Origin: an uncultured cyanobacterium
GTDB lineage: Bacteria > Cyanobacteriota > Cyanobacteriia > Cyanobacteriales > Nostocaceae
Direction: 5' to 3'
NCBI GenBank assembly: GCA_963740315.1
Contig: CAVUDP010000003.1
Coordinates: forward strand, 160,001-224,000
Length of the DNA stretch: 64,000 nucleotides
Both the position numbers and the translations under genes were made by a program. Below the pieces are notes generated by a model that was not told the DNA's origin, ran no database searches, and saw only the letters and a program-made list of their open reading frames with translations. Position 1 is the stretch's first letter; every line of letters starts with the position of its first letter. This document shows, piece after piece, positions 1 through 9,631 of the stretch.

Positions 1-66
1 AAAAGAAGGACGGCTGATAGTTGGTAATTAATAAAAATAAACATGAATCAATATCGAATTAAAATC

Positions 67-102
67 GGTGGCGAAAGTTAACTTTCGCCACCAATTTTTT
101 TT
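67..102 (+). terminator. Intrinsic terminator of a gene ending at the window start
   Basis: GGTGGCGAAAGT-TA-ACTTTCGCCACC perfect hairpin followed by a T8 run. Confidence 0.75.
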
Positions 103-178
103 AGTTTCACGATCTACGCTTTTTATTCTCAATTAAGAATAGAAAATGTAGACTATTCTCCAGAATAATTCAATTTTT

Positions 179-871
179 CTACAAAGCTAATTGACGACGC
201 AGATTTTGCTGTTTATTAAATTCTTTTTGTTCTGGTGTTAATATATCGTAATTAATTAGAGGACGCATTTCCCACTGAAGTTCAGCTAAAAGCATTAAAC
301 TCATTCCCATTATTAAACCAGTTGCAAGAAACTGTTTACCACTAGAGTAGGGTAAAAGTAGAATTCCTATTGAATGAATCGCTGCTGTAATTAAAAAAGT
401 ACGGGATTTTACTGCCCATGCCGTAATAATATAACCGACTGCACTTAATCCCAACCACAAAGGACACAAGCGCATCAATACTTGTCCCCACCCCAGAAAT
501 ATTCCCAAATCAGTTAGCATAACACCAGCTAACACTAAACCCACCCAAGCGTATATCAGCCAACGCAAACGTTCTACAGTTACCCAAAACCAAGTAAATG
601 CAATCATCATCACAGTTGCGATCGCGGTAAGTGTTGTCCATAAAATTGCTTGCGTAGTCCAACTGACGGGTAAAAATTGCGCTGTCGTAAAAATTCCGGC
701 GCAGATTAAACCCCAAATGATAAATACTTGGTCTATTCGAGTATAAAACCCTGAAATCAATCTAATATTTCCAATCTTGCCACTTATGCGCCAAATACCT
801 TGTAAATCCTGGTAATCTAAATCTTCCTGTTTATCGCGCAGGAAAGGTTGAGATAATGTTAAAAAAGTCAT
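179..871 (-). CDS. Conserved cyanobacterial multi-pass membrane protein, function unknown
   Basis: 230-aa ORF with about 6 hydrophobic Trp/Gly-rich helices. Confidence 0.75.
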   Translation of the reverse strand: MTFLTLSQPFLRDKQEDLDYQDLQGIWRISGKIGNIRLISGFYTRIDQVFIIWGLICAGIFTTAQFLPVSWTTQAILWTTLTAIATVMMIAFTWFWVTVERLRWLIYAWVGLVLAGVMLTDLGIFLGWGQVLMRLCPLWLGLSAVGYIITAWAVKSRTFLITAAIHSIGILLLPYSSGKQFLATGLIMGMSLMLLAELQWEMRPLINYDILTPEQKEFNKQQNLRRQLAL

Positions 872-1189
872 TATAAGTCATCCGCCGTAAGTAACAAATT
901 TTTCTATATCTATAGGAGTATTTTAGTGAGAATTCATCAAGTTCTACAACCTATTCTCAATAAAACACAATAAATTAGTTCGTTTAGAACTTTTTTGAGA
1001 GTAATGTCCGTGGTAAACCATTTATAGAGACTTTTATATGGCAGTGACTGTAAACTGCGTAAATCTTTTAAATCAAACTATATCGGCTTAACAATAAGTC
1101 AGATAGATTATTTTTCTATCCTTGCTGGGGTATTCAAGTCATTGTCAAGCTGAAGTCAGTTTTGATAATAACGAGGAAGTCAAAATAAA

Positions 1190-1597
1190 ATGCTTTGGAA
1201 ATTTGTAGTTGGTACTTTAGTATTACCTTGCTGTTTGGGATTTGAAACAGCTTCAGCAACACTGAAAAAAGATGTCCAACCAGCGCAGTCTGAAATAGAA
1301 TTAATATCTCTTGATGAGCAAGCAAATGTAGGGGAAACCTTACCTGCAATAAACCAAAACGATTACAAAATTAGTCATCATAAACAACGCGATCGCAAAC
1401 GCAATCATTACAAGCGTCGTAATTATCAACGGCGCAATTACAACCAACATTACCGAAGAGTGAATTATCGCGATAATTATCAAGATTGTCCCGAATCCCG
1501 TCGTAGAAGGGTAAATTACCGCCCTGCATCTTATCGACAAGAGGTTTATCCCATCAATGATATGATTTATCGTCGGCACTATCATGACCGTCATTAG
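1190..1597 (+). CDS. Secreted low-complexity protein with an Arg/Tyr/Asn/His-rich tail
   Basis: GAGGAAG RBS upstream; N-terminal signal peptide (..ETASA); repeated RRxNY motifs. Confidence 0.7.
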   Translation: MLWKFVVGTLVLPCCLGFETASATLKKDVQPAQSEIELISLDEQANVGETLPAINQNDYKISHHKQRDRKRNHYKRRNYQRRNYNQHYRRVNYRDNYQDCPESRRRRVNYRPASYRQEVYPINDMIYRRHYHDRH

Positions 1598-1673
1598 ATA
1601 AATACTTGCGGCAACATTCAATTAAACATTTTGTTTAGTTAGGAAGTAGTGGTCCTTTGCATTAAATTTGATA

Positions 1674-1732
1674 GGTTCGTAGTAAGCGCTTCAGCGCCTC
1701 CGGATTTAGGGCTTAAGCCCTTACTACGAACC
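1674..1732. repeat. GTAG-type REP doublet (GGTTCGTAGTAAGCGCTTCAGCGC...CTTACTACGAACC)
   Basis: Terminal inverted repeat with internal hairpins; related copies at 2026, 2385, 4599, 5293, 22358, 26949. Confidence 0.85.
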
Positions 1733-1742
1733 GGGTGAGGGG

Positions 1743-1949
1743 AATCGCAAACGTCATCATTACAAGCGTCGTAATTATCAACGACGCAATTACAACCAAC
1801 ATTACCGAAGAGTGAATTATCGCGATAATTATCAAGATTGTCCCGAATCCCGTCGTAGAAGGGTAAATTACCGTCCTGCATCTTATCGACAAGAGGCTTA
1901 TCCCATCAATGATATGATTTATCGTCGGCACTATCATGACCGTCATTAG
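1743..1949 (+). pseudogene. 5'-truncated duplicate of the 1190-1597 gene
   Basis: Same reading frame to TAG, but no start codon after the in-frame stop at 1707. Confidence 0.75.
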
Positions 1950-2025
1950 ATAAATTCTTGCGCCAACATTCAATTAAATATTTTGTTTAGTTAGGGAGTA
2001 GTGGTTCTTTGCATTAAATTTGACG

Positions 2026-2132
2026 GGTTCGTAGTAAGCGCTTCAGCGCCTCCGGATTTAGGGAACTGAAGCCCTTCCATTCCATTCGAGGATTTTAATC
2101 GTCAGATGAAATTAAAACTCTTACTACGAACC
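2026..2132. repeat. GTAG-type REP doublet with an expanded spacer
   Basis: GGTTCGTAGTAAG...CTTACTACGAACC. Confidence 0.8.
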
Positions 2133-2215
2133 TTTTTACCCAGCAAAACTTTTTCCAAGTACTAGTAGTTGATTGCATTAAATTTGATTGATTCGACGTG
2201 CCGATTTTAGTACTA

Positions 2216-2382
2216 AGTACTTAGGCAAAATTAATTGTGTATTTGTCATTGCGAGTGGAACGTTCACGCGGAGCGTGCGGCTCAGTGAAATGAAGCATTC
2301 AGCGGAAGCTGCGGTTCATCGCAACACTTTGAGATTACTTCGCTGTCGCTCGTAATGACACAATTAATTTTGCACACCTACT
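2216..2382. mobile_element. MITE flanked by TA, carrying a GTCATTGCGAG...CTCGTAATGAC palindrome
   Basis: Imperfect TIRs of about 25 bp (AGTAC..GCAAAATTAATTGTGT / ACACAATTAATTTTGC..CTACT); TA on both sides. Confidence 0.75.
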
Positions 2383-2543
2383 TAAATCCGGAGGGCTGAA
2401 GCCCTTACTACGAACCGGGTGATAAAGTCACTATCCAAGCAGCAACCACACCAATATAAATATCAACATTCTCGGTTAATGGCACAACCCAAGCACAAAT
2501 AATTACACTTAAGGTACTCCTATTAACTTGCTTCTTTATTAAA

Positions 2544-3734
2544 ATGACCGAACAAAATCGAATTTGCATTCTTGGTGGTGGCTTTGGTGGACTTTATACC
2601 GCTTTACGTTTAGTTCAATTGGATTGGGAAAAGTCCCAGAAGCCGGAAATTGTTCTCGTGGATCAAAACGATCGCTTTTTATTTTCCCCTCTTTTATACG
2701 AATTGCTTACCGGAGAAATGCAAAGTTGGGAAATCGCTCCCCCTTATGAAGAACTTTTACAAAATACTGGTATCCGCTTTTATAAAGCAACGGTATCTGG
2801 TATCGATACCGAGCAAAAACGAGTAGAGCTTTTAAATGGTCCCGAAATTCCCTACGACCGTTTAGTATTAGCTATGGGTGGAGAAACCCCCTTGGATATG
2901 GTACCTGGTGCCATATCTCACGCTCGTGCTTTCCGCACTCTTGATGATGCTTTCGCTTTGGAAGAAAAATTACGAATACTTGAAGAATCTGACAGAGAAA
3001 AAATCCGAGTTGCAATTGTTGGCGGTGGCTATAGCGGTGTTGAATTAGCCTGCAAATTATCTGACAGACTTGGGGAAAGAGGACGTTTCCGAGTAGTTGA
3101 AATGGCTAACGAAATTCTCCGCAATTCTCCAGAATTTAACCGCGAAGCTGCGAAAAAAGCTTTGGATGAGCGAGGTGTGTGGGTTGATTTGGAAACAAAG
3201 GTAGAATCTATCGCTAGCGATCGCATTTCTTTGGAATACAAAAATGTTGTAGATGAAATTCCTGTAGACTTGGTAATTTGGACTGTAGGAACGAGGGTAA
3301 GTCCCTTAGTCGAAAATCTTCCCGTTAAGCACAACCAACAAGGAAAAATCGTCACGACATCAACTTTACAGGTAGTAGATAATCCCAATATCTTCGCTCT
3401 GGGAGACTTAGCAGAAACATTTGATGCCGAAGGAAAACAAGTTCCGATAACCGCACAGGCAGCTTTCCAACAAGCAGATTATGTCGGCTGGAATATTTGG
3501 GCAAGTCTTACCAATCGTCCTTTGCTTGCCTTCCGCTACCAGCATTTAGGTGAATTTATGTCACTTGGAGTAGATAACGCCACTCTTACGGGTTTGGGCA
3601 TGAAAATGGAAGGAACATTTGGATATATCGCCCGTCGTGTTGCCTACCTTTACCGTCTGCCAACTCTAGAACATAAACTAAAAGTTGGTTTTAATTGGCT
3701 AACTCGTCCTATTATAGAAACACTCTCGTCATAG
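2544..3734 (+). CDS. ndbB: Type II NAD(P)H dehydrogenase family protein, NdbB/NDC1-like (demethylphylloquinone reductase)
   Basis: GGGFGGLYTALRL and GGGYSGVELA dinucleotide-binding motifs; FALGD; TAQAAFQQA. Confidence 0.8.
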   Translation: MTEQNRICILGGGFGGLYTALRLVQLDWEKSQKPEIVLVDQNDRFLFSPLLYELLTGEMQSWEIAPPYEELLQNTGIRFYKATVSGIDTEQKRVELLNGPEIPYDRLVLAMGGETPLDMVPGAISHARAFRTLDDAFALEEKLRILEESDREKIRVAIVGGGYSGVELACKLSDRLGERGRFRVVEMANEILRNSPEFNREAAKKALDERGVWVDLETKVESIASDRISLEYKNVVDEIPVDLVIWTVGTRVSPLVENLPVKHNQQGKIVTTSTLQVVDNPNIFALGDLAETFDAEGKQVPITAQAAFQQADYVGWNIWASLTNRPLLAFRYQHLGEFMSLGVDNATLTGLGMKMEGTFGYIARRVAYLYRLPTLEHKLKVGFNWLTRPIIETLSS

Positions 3735-3903
3735 GTTTTGGTGCAACAGGGTGCAGTTGCTTAATTAGAAGGATGAAATGGTGATTTCAGGTTGTTTGAG
3801 ACTTTGCAGTTGCAAAGTCTCTACATGGGTTTCATTTTTAAGACAAAATGTAAATAAATATAATTCATCGCTTAATTTAGTAACGTCATAATATAGGCAC
3901 CAA

Positions 3904-3936
3904 AAAATCTAAAATCTAAAATCCAAAATCCAAAAT
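3904..3936. repeat. Heptamer tandem repeat (AAAATCY)n, STRR type
   Basis: AAAATCT AAAATCT AAAATCC AAAATCC AAAAT. Confidence 0.8.
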
Positions 3937-3948
3937 TGTTATAGGTGG

Positions 3949-4593
3949 ATGAAACAGCCGAAAGTTATTTTTTTAGATGCCGTAGGAACGCTATTCGGTA
4001 TTAAAGGTAGTGTTGGTGAAGTTTATAGTCAAATTGCACGAGAATTTGGCGTTGAAACTTCACCAGCAACTTTGAATCAAACCTTTTTTCAAAGTTTTAA
4101 AGCTTCGCCACCGCCAGTTTTTCCTAACGCACAAGAACAAGATATTCCACAACGCGAGTTTGCATGGTGGGAGCGTATTACTCGCACCACCTTTGAACAA
4201 GCGGGCGTTTTGCACAAATTCGATGATTTTTCCGCTTTCTTTAGCGAAGTCTACATCCACTTTGGCACGGGAGATCCTTGGTTTGTTTATCCCGATGTTC
4301 TCAAAGCTTTAAATAATTGGCAACAAAAAGGAATCGAATTAGGCATATTATCCAACTTCGATTCCCGAATTTATTCAGTTTTACAATCTTTGGAATTAAG
4401 AGACTACTTTGGTACCATCACCATTGCCACCCAATCTGGTTCAGCCAAACCCAACCAAAAAATATTTGCGATCGCGCTCGAAAAACACAACTGTCTACCA
4501 GAAGCTGCATGGCACGTTGGCGACAGCGTAAAAGAAGACTATGAAGGAGCAAAAGCTGCTGGGCTTAGGGGTGTTTGGTTGAATAGAAATTAA
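3949..4593 (+). CDS. HAD-IA hydrolase (HDHD3/REG-2-like)
   Basis: DAVGTL motif I; SNFD; KP; HVGDS..DYEGA motif IV. Confidence 0.9.
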   Translation: MKQPKVIFLDAVGTLFGIKGSVGEVYSQIAREFGVETSPATLNQTFFQSFKASPPPVFPNAQEQDIPQREFAWWERITRTTFEQAGVLHKFDDFSAFFSEVYIHFGTGDPWFVYPDVLKALNNWQQKGIELGILSNFDSRIYSVLQSLELRDYFGTITIATQSGSAKPNQKIFAIALEKHNCLPEAAWHVGDSVKEDYEGAKAAGLRGVWLNRN

Positions 4594-4598
4594 TAATT

Positions 4599-4653
4599 GT
4601 TCGTAGTAAGCGATTTATCGCTTAATTTAAGGAATAAATTCCTTACTACGAAC
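4599..4653. repeat. GTAG-type REP doublet between convergent genes
   Basis: GTTCGTAGTAAG...CTTACTACGAAC. Confidence 0.85.
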
Positions 4654-4672
4654 AAGCTTTTTCACAAAACTG

Positions 4673-5080
4673 TTAACTTGATAATTGATTCGCTTCCTCT
4701 TCTAATATCCCAATCAGGTTTTCATCTCCCTTTTGCTTTGCAACTTCCAAACGACGCTGTAAGTTACGCTGTAAATTTGCAAGATGAATTTTAGCTAACT
4801 CATCATTGTGAGGTTGATTGCTAGCAAATAAATTATTACTAGCAGCGAAGATAGAATTTAACTTTTTGCGCTGCTTTAATTCTTTTACCTCTTCTGGATT
4901 CCCAGAATAATAAGTAGCACCGCGATATTTTAACTCAACTGCATTATGAGTTACGGGAATATATTCGGAGTGATGACACTTCCACTCCGCACCCCGATAT
5001 TTTCCACAAACTCCTTCAGTAATTACTTCAACTGTTTTAGGAGCGTATTCATATTTAATTCCGCGATAAGTAAGTTTCAT
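4673..5080 (-). CDS. DUF4278 protein with a C-terminal PirA-like domain
   Basis: MKLTYRGIKY, GKYRG and LKYRG DUF4278 repeats; C-terminal HLANLQRNLQRRLEVAKQKGDENLIGILEEEA resembles PirA (Ssr0692). Confidence 0.8.
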   Translation of the reverse strand: MKLTYRGIKYEYAPKTVEVITEGVCGKYRGAEWKCHHSEYIPVTHNAVELKYRGATYYSGNPEEVKELKQRKKLNSIFAASNNLFASNQPHNDELAKIHLANLQRNLQRRLEVAKQKGDENLIGILEEEANQLSS

Positions 5081-5122
5081 AATTCCTTGCCTCTTTATAT
5101 CTCAACCGTTAAACAAAGTGAG

Positions 5123-5206
5123 GCGCGTTCCTTCGGCTGTTCCTACTTCCGTCTTATAAGCTTAACTAACGATTTACTGTTAACTGCTTTCTCAAGATGA
5201 ACGAAT
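5123..5206 (-). ncRNA. Glutamine riboswitch (glnA RNA motif)
   Basis: Minus strand reads ATTCGTTCATCT...AGACGGAAGTAGG..CCGAAGGAACGCGC, in the 5' UTR of a DUF4278 gene. Confidence 0.9.
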
Positions 5207-5207
5207 C

Positions 5208-5232
5208 ATTTTATTTCTGTATCTATTGTAAC
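5208..5232 (-). promoter_or_regulatory. -10 box (TAAAAT) with an adjacent NtcA-like site GTT-N8-TAC
   Basis: Minus strand GTTACAATAGATAC-N5-TAAAAT directly before the riboswitch. Confidence 0.6.
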
Positions 5233-5292
5233 GCTTTTATTCTAAAGTCAGGGTACTTTAACAGACTTTTATATTTTCTTTATATTTTGCAA

Positions 5293-5354
5293 GGTTCGTA
5301 GTAAGCGCTTTAGCGCCTCATGATTCGGAAGTGCTGAAGCACTTACTACGAACC
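5293..5354. repeat. GTAG-type REP doublet
   Basis: GGTTCGTAGTAAGCGCTTTAGCGC...GTGCTGAAGCACTTACTACGAACC. Confidence 0.85.
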
Positions 5355-5376
5355 ATAATTGCCTAATAAAAAAAAA

Positions 5377-6609
5377 TCAAACTTGCAAAACCTTCACCTC
5401 TTCCCCAACACTTACCTCGGACTTACCCACTTCCAAAACAGCTAAAGCATTGGTTTGAGCTAAATTAATCAAATTGCCAGAACTTTTACTACCACCTGCA
5501 ACGCTAAATTCGTAAATCCCGTCAACTAAATTCAACTTTCCCCAAATGTAAGTTTCGCGCTTACCGTTGGAAGTTAATTTTTCACGATTTTGAGCTTTGA
5601 TAAATTTGGGTTGCCAACCTTCCACAATGCCGGAACATTTTTTAATTGCTGGTTGTACGAAGCGCCAGTAACTTACCAATGCTGAAACCGGATTTCCCGG
5701 TAAACCAAAATATATTGAGGAATGGGGTGTGGGAAAACTAGCTACAGTTAAAGGTTTACCCGGTTTCATCGCTACAGCACTAACTTTGATTTCTCCTCCC
5801 AGAGATTCTAAAATTTCCTTTACGTAATCGTAATCTCCCACCGAGACACCACCGGAAGAAAGCACTATATCGGCATTGGCGATCGCTTGGGAAATAGCTT
5901 GTTTGAGTGCTTCTGGCTCATCTTTGACAATTCCTAATATCAAAGCTTCTCCTCCACATTGTTTTACCAAAGCGGCTAAAGCGTACTGATTTGAATCTAC
6001 AATTTGTCCCGGTTGTAGAGTTTGTTCGGGTGTTATTAGTTCGTTGCCAGTAGATAAAATTGCTACACGCGGACGGCGAAAAACTTCTAGTTTATTACAT
6101 TGTGCGGCGGCTAAAACTGCTATTTCCGGGGCATTTAATTCAATTCCCGCTGGTAATAATTCCGTTCCGGCTTGGTAATAATCAGCACGATGTCTGACAA
6201 ATTCTTGGGATTCCGGTGCGGCAAGGATGAATACGCGATCGCCTTCTTGGCGTGTATTTTCCTGCATGACTACCGTATCGGCACCTTTGGGCATCACCGC
6301 ACCAGTGAAAATCCGCGCTGCCTGTCCCGATTGAATGTTAGATTGAGGTTGATAGCCTGCGGCAATATCCTCAACAAGTTTTAAAACCGCAGGCTTTTCT
6401 TCAGTTGCTTGTCGCACATCTTGATAAATCACGGCATAACCATCCATTGCCGAATTATCCCAGTGAGGAAAATCAAGTTTGCTGGTAACGGGTGAAGCTA
6501 AAATACGCCCGCTAGCTGTTAATAAATCAACGGTTTCTATATCTCTTTGATTATTTAAAGGTTTGACTAAATCAAAAATAATATCTTCTGCTTCATTTAC
6601 TGGCAGCAT
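5377..6609 (-). CDS. moeA: Molybdopterin molybdenumtransferase
   Basis: NSAMDGYA; IFTGA; STGNEL; SSGGVSVGDYD; GLPGNP. Confidence 0.95.
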   Translation of the reverse strand: MLPVNEAEDIIFDLVKPLNNQRDIETVDLLTASGRILASPVTSKLDFPHWDNSAMDGYAVIYQDVRQATEEKPAVLKLVEDIAAGYQPQSNIQSGQAARIFTGAVMPKGADTVVMQENTRQEGDRVFILAAPESQEFVRHRADYYQAGTELLPAGIELNAPEIAVLAAAQCNKLEVFRRPRVAILSTGNELITPEQTLQPGQIVDSNQYALAALVKQCGGEALILGIVKDEPEALKQAISQAIANADIVLSSGGVSVGDYDYVKEILESLGGEIKVSAVAMKPGKPLTVASFPTPHSSIYFGLPGNPVSALVSYWRFVQPAIKKCSGIVEGWQPKFIKAQNREKLTSNGKRETYIWGKLNLVDGIYEFSVAGGSKSSGNLINLAQTNALAVLEVGKSEVSVGEEVKVLQV

Positions 6610-6858
6610 TGCGAGTCAATCCTAATTTTATTAAATCATCATTTTCAATTTTTAATTATCCAATAAAACAAGAACAAATTTATTTATTTGAATAGTAAAT
6701 AATTTATTTTATTTTAATCAAGCTTTATTGAAGAATAATCAAACAATAGTTTTTTTCGTAGGACTTACCGATACAGATAAAGTTAAGGGTAAACACTCAA
6801 GCAGATTCTTGTATAACTTAAGTAAAAATAATATATAAGAATTATCAGTGTTTTGAAT

Positions 6859-7347
6859 ATGAAAAGTAAAGGGTTAGCATATATTTTATGGCTTTTATGC
6901 GCTTTTAGTATATGCGGCGCTCAACGTTTTTATTGCAAAAGATATATTAGCGGTTCTATTTATCTGCTCACCTTTGGGGTTTTCGGTATAGGACAGATTA
7001 TAGATTTGTTTACTATTCCCAATATGGTGGATGAGGAAAATCTTAAATATCAAGCATTATACGGTTATCAAAATCTCAATCTTAGCGGTAATCCCCAAGT
7101 TACAATTAAGATTGACCCTCGTAGGAGTGCATTTAAAACTGCTAATAATAAGAAAGTATCCGATACTATAACAATTTTGCAAGCAGCAAAGCAAAACGGA
7201 GGTATGGTATCTCTTTCGGATTGTGTTCTCGCAACTGGTAAAGAAACTGCACAAGTTAAGCAGACGCTGGACACAATGTGTAAGGATCACTTGTTAGAAA
7301 TTACTAATCGTCCCGATTCAGGAGCGATCGTTTACAAGTTGCTTTGA
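6859..7347 (+). CDS. TM2/NINE domain membrane protein with a C-terminal winged-helix-like segment
   Basis: AYILWL..GAQRFY..YLLTFGVFGIGQIIDLF TM2 motif. Confidence 0.85.
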   Translation: MKSKGLAYILWLLCAFSICGAQRFYCKRYISGSIYLLTFGVFGIGQIIDLFTIPNMVDEENLKYQALYGYQNLNLSGNPQVTIKIDPRRSAFKTANNKKVSDTITILQAAKQNGGMVSLSDCVLATGKETAQVKQTLDTMCKDHLLEITNRPDSGAIVYKLL

Positions 7348-7348
7348 A

Positions 7349-7653
7349 TTCACATCTTGGATCGTTCTCACCAAGCCCCCAAACCCACCTTGAAATTAAT
7401 TACAAGGAACCGATATACAAAGTACGTTGAAACGCACTCTTATTCCTTGCCCAGTCTGATTTATCAGACAACTTACACCATTCTCAACAAGCATAAAGAA
7501 ACCCGGTTTCTTTTTATGAAAACATGATTTTTTCGTTATGAAATCAGCAAGAAACCGGGTTTCTGACACTCGTGCATATCAGATTTATCAGACTTTGCCT
7601 AAAAGAGCGGGGAATTTATTCTAAGGCGATTATTACAACTGCTGCAAGAAGTT
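7349..7653. mobile_element. MITE of the CACATCTTGCACC-TIR family with an internal AGAAACCCGGTTTCT REP insert
   Basis: Reverse-complement homolog of 18147-18456; inverted repeat at 7497-7564; GATTTATCAGAC duplicated around the insert. Confidence 0.7.
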
Positions 7654-7702
7654 TGTTTGAATTGATAAGGTAATAGCAAGAGGGAACAGGAAACAGAAAA
7701 AT

Positions 7703-8097
7703 TTACTCACCACTAACAATATTTTGCTCAAGGTAATTAGCAATTTATTTCTTATTTATACTTCCTTGTGCTACTTGTAATCCCAAAGTATAAGTTTCTT
7801 GATTATTTGTATTTAAAACGTAGTTATTTATTCTTAAAAAGTATCCATTACCGCAAAAGCAGTTCGCTTATTACCATCAATGAAAGGATGATTTTTGGCA
7901 ATATGGTATAGATAAGCGGCGGCTTGTTCGTAAATTGTTGCGTGTAAATACTCTCCGAAAAATGTTGCTTGGGGTTGTGCTAGGGCAGATTCTAGCAAGC
8001 CTTCATCTCTGACACCAGCAGTACCGCCGAAGCTCGCAACTTGATCTAAGTGAATTTCTATTGCTTCGGATACCGAAATAAATTTAGGAATCTGCAA
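7703..8097 (-). pseudogene. Fic/Doc (death-on-curing) toxin, frameshifted and with a nonsense codon
   Basis: HPFIDGNKRTA motif. A 1-nt loss in the T run near 7836 ends the ORF; the shifted frame continues LRINNYVL..QVAQGSINKK*IANYLEQNIVSGE*. Confidence 0.8.
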
Positions 8098-8275
8098 GAC
8101 GACGGTAAACCTCTTCTCTTTCTCGTTTTGATGCTAGGTAAGCTTGCCAAACTTCGCTTTCATGGGAATTATTTTGGTATTTTTCTTTAAAAATGCGTAC
8201 AACTTCTAACAATTCACTTAATTCTGATTCTGGTATCTGTTCTAATTCTTGAATAATTTGTTCTTTAACAGTCAT
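8084..8275 (-). CDS. Putative antitoxin of the Doc-type toxin-antitoxin pair
   Basis: 63 aa, acidic, overlaps the toxin start; ends EVYRRLADS. Confidence 0.7.
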   Translation of the reverse strand: MTVKEQIIQELEQIPESELSELLEVVRIFKEKYQNNSHESEVWQAYLASKREREEVYRRLADS

Positions 8276-8381
8276 TTTTCTAGCTAATATTACATCTGTT
8301 TACAGTTTAATATTTTTCCCTCCTGGCTTGCGAACAGGTTTAAAATACATTGGTAGATGCACTTCAAATCCAAATCAAAAA

Positions 8382-9446
8382 CTAAACCATTTGCTTGTTT
8401 TGGTATTTTGCTAAATCGCTAGGTGCTAATACACCCTCTTCCGTAATAATTGCTGTAATTAATTCTGCTGGAGTTACATCAAAAAAAGGATTATAAAAAT
8501 CAACACCAGCTGGTGTAACGATCGTTTCTCCTATTTGATAAATTTCCTTGGGATCGCGTTCTTTAATTGGGATTTGGCTACCGTCAGCAAGAGACGAATC
8601 AACAGTAGAAAGAGGTGCAGCGACGAAGAAAGGTATATTATGAGCTTTCGCCGCGATCGCCAAACCATAGGTACCAATTTTATTTACAACATCACCATTG
8701 ATCGCAATCCTGTCAGCACCGACAACTACAGCGTGAATTAAATTTTGTTTCATGCAGTGCGCTGCCATACTATCGGTAATTAAAGTTACCGGGATACCTT
8801 CTTGAACGCATTCCCAAGCAGTAAGTCTGGCACCTTGAAATCTGGGGCGAGTTTCACCAGTGAAAAGTCTTTCTAAACGTCCTTCGCGCCAAGCAGAACG
8901 TACTATACCTAAAGAAGTTCCATAGCCCGCAGTTGCCAACGCGCCAGCGTTACAGTGAGTCAGTAGCGTTAATTTTTCTGGTGTTGCGGGTAATGCTGAC
9001 AGACCATTGTCACCAATTTTATGGCAAGTTTGTAAATCTTCAGCGTTAATTGTTCGAGCAGTTTCTAATAGAGTCTTTTTAATTTCTTCTACAGTGCCGA
9101 TCATTTCATAAGCAGTCTTGAGCATCCGTGAAATTGCCCAAGACAAGTTAACTGCTGTGGAATGACTTTCGCGCAGCATTTGTGCGACATGTTCTAAATG
9201 CTTTAAAAACCGATCGCGGTTACTCGTGTCAATTTCCCGCGCCCCTAGATACATTCCATATGCAGCAGCAATCCCAATTGCAGGCGCACCACGGACAATC
9301 ATAGTTTTAATTGCCTGCGCCATATCTTCACAACGGTGAATTTCTACATAGGAATATTCATAGGGTAAACGAGTTTGATCGATTAAAGAAACTGAATTAT
9401 TATGCCAAATTACGGGATACACAGGATTTTGAGACATCATACCCAA
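8382..9446 (-). CDS. mtnA: Methylthioribose-1-phosphate isomerase family protein
   Basis: [40 protein letters not shown]. Confidence 0.9.
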   Translation of the reverse strand: MGMMSQNPVYPVIWHNNSVSLIDQTRLPYEYSYVEIHRCEDMAQAIKTMIVRGAPAIGIAAAYGMYLGAREIDTSNRDRFLKHLEHVAQMLRESHSTAVNLSWAISRMLKTAYEMIGTVEEIKKTLLETARTINAEDLQTCHKIGDNGLSALPATPEKLTLLTHCNAGALATAGYGTSLGIVRSAWREGRLERLFTGETRPRFQGARLTAWECVQEGIPVTLITDSMAAHCMKQNLIHAVVVGADRIAINGDVVNKIGTYGLAIAAKAHNIPFFVAAPLSTVDSSLADGSQIPIKERDPKEIYQIGETIVTPAGVDFYNPFFDVTPAELITAIITEEGVLAPSDLAKYQNKQMV

Positions 9447-9466
9447 TTAGGAATTTAATTACTAAG

Positions 9467-9525
9467 AGATGGGAGGGAGATGGGGGGATGGGGAGAGAGG
9501 GAGAGGGGGAGACAAGGGGACAAGG
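9467..9525. repeat. Purine-rich short tandem repeats (STRR-like)
   Basis: GGGAGATG, GGGAGAG and GGACAAG units. Confidence 0.7.
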
Positions 9526-9631
9526 AGAAATTAATTATCTACTTGCTACTCATTCCTAACTCCGGTGGTCCTCACTCCTCACTCTTAACTATTCCCAAAT
9601 CCCTAATTTATCTCTTAGCAATCAATTGTAA

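Larger units (their letters stand above)
1392..2422 (+). repeat. Tandem duplication (offset 352 bp) of the 3' half of the 1190 gene plus its downstream REP
   Basis: 1392-1711 is nearly identical to 1744-2063; both copies end in CCTTACTACGAACCGGGTGA (1738 and 2422). Confidence 0.9.
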
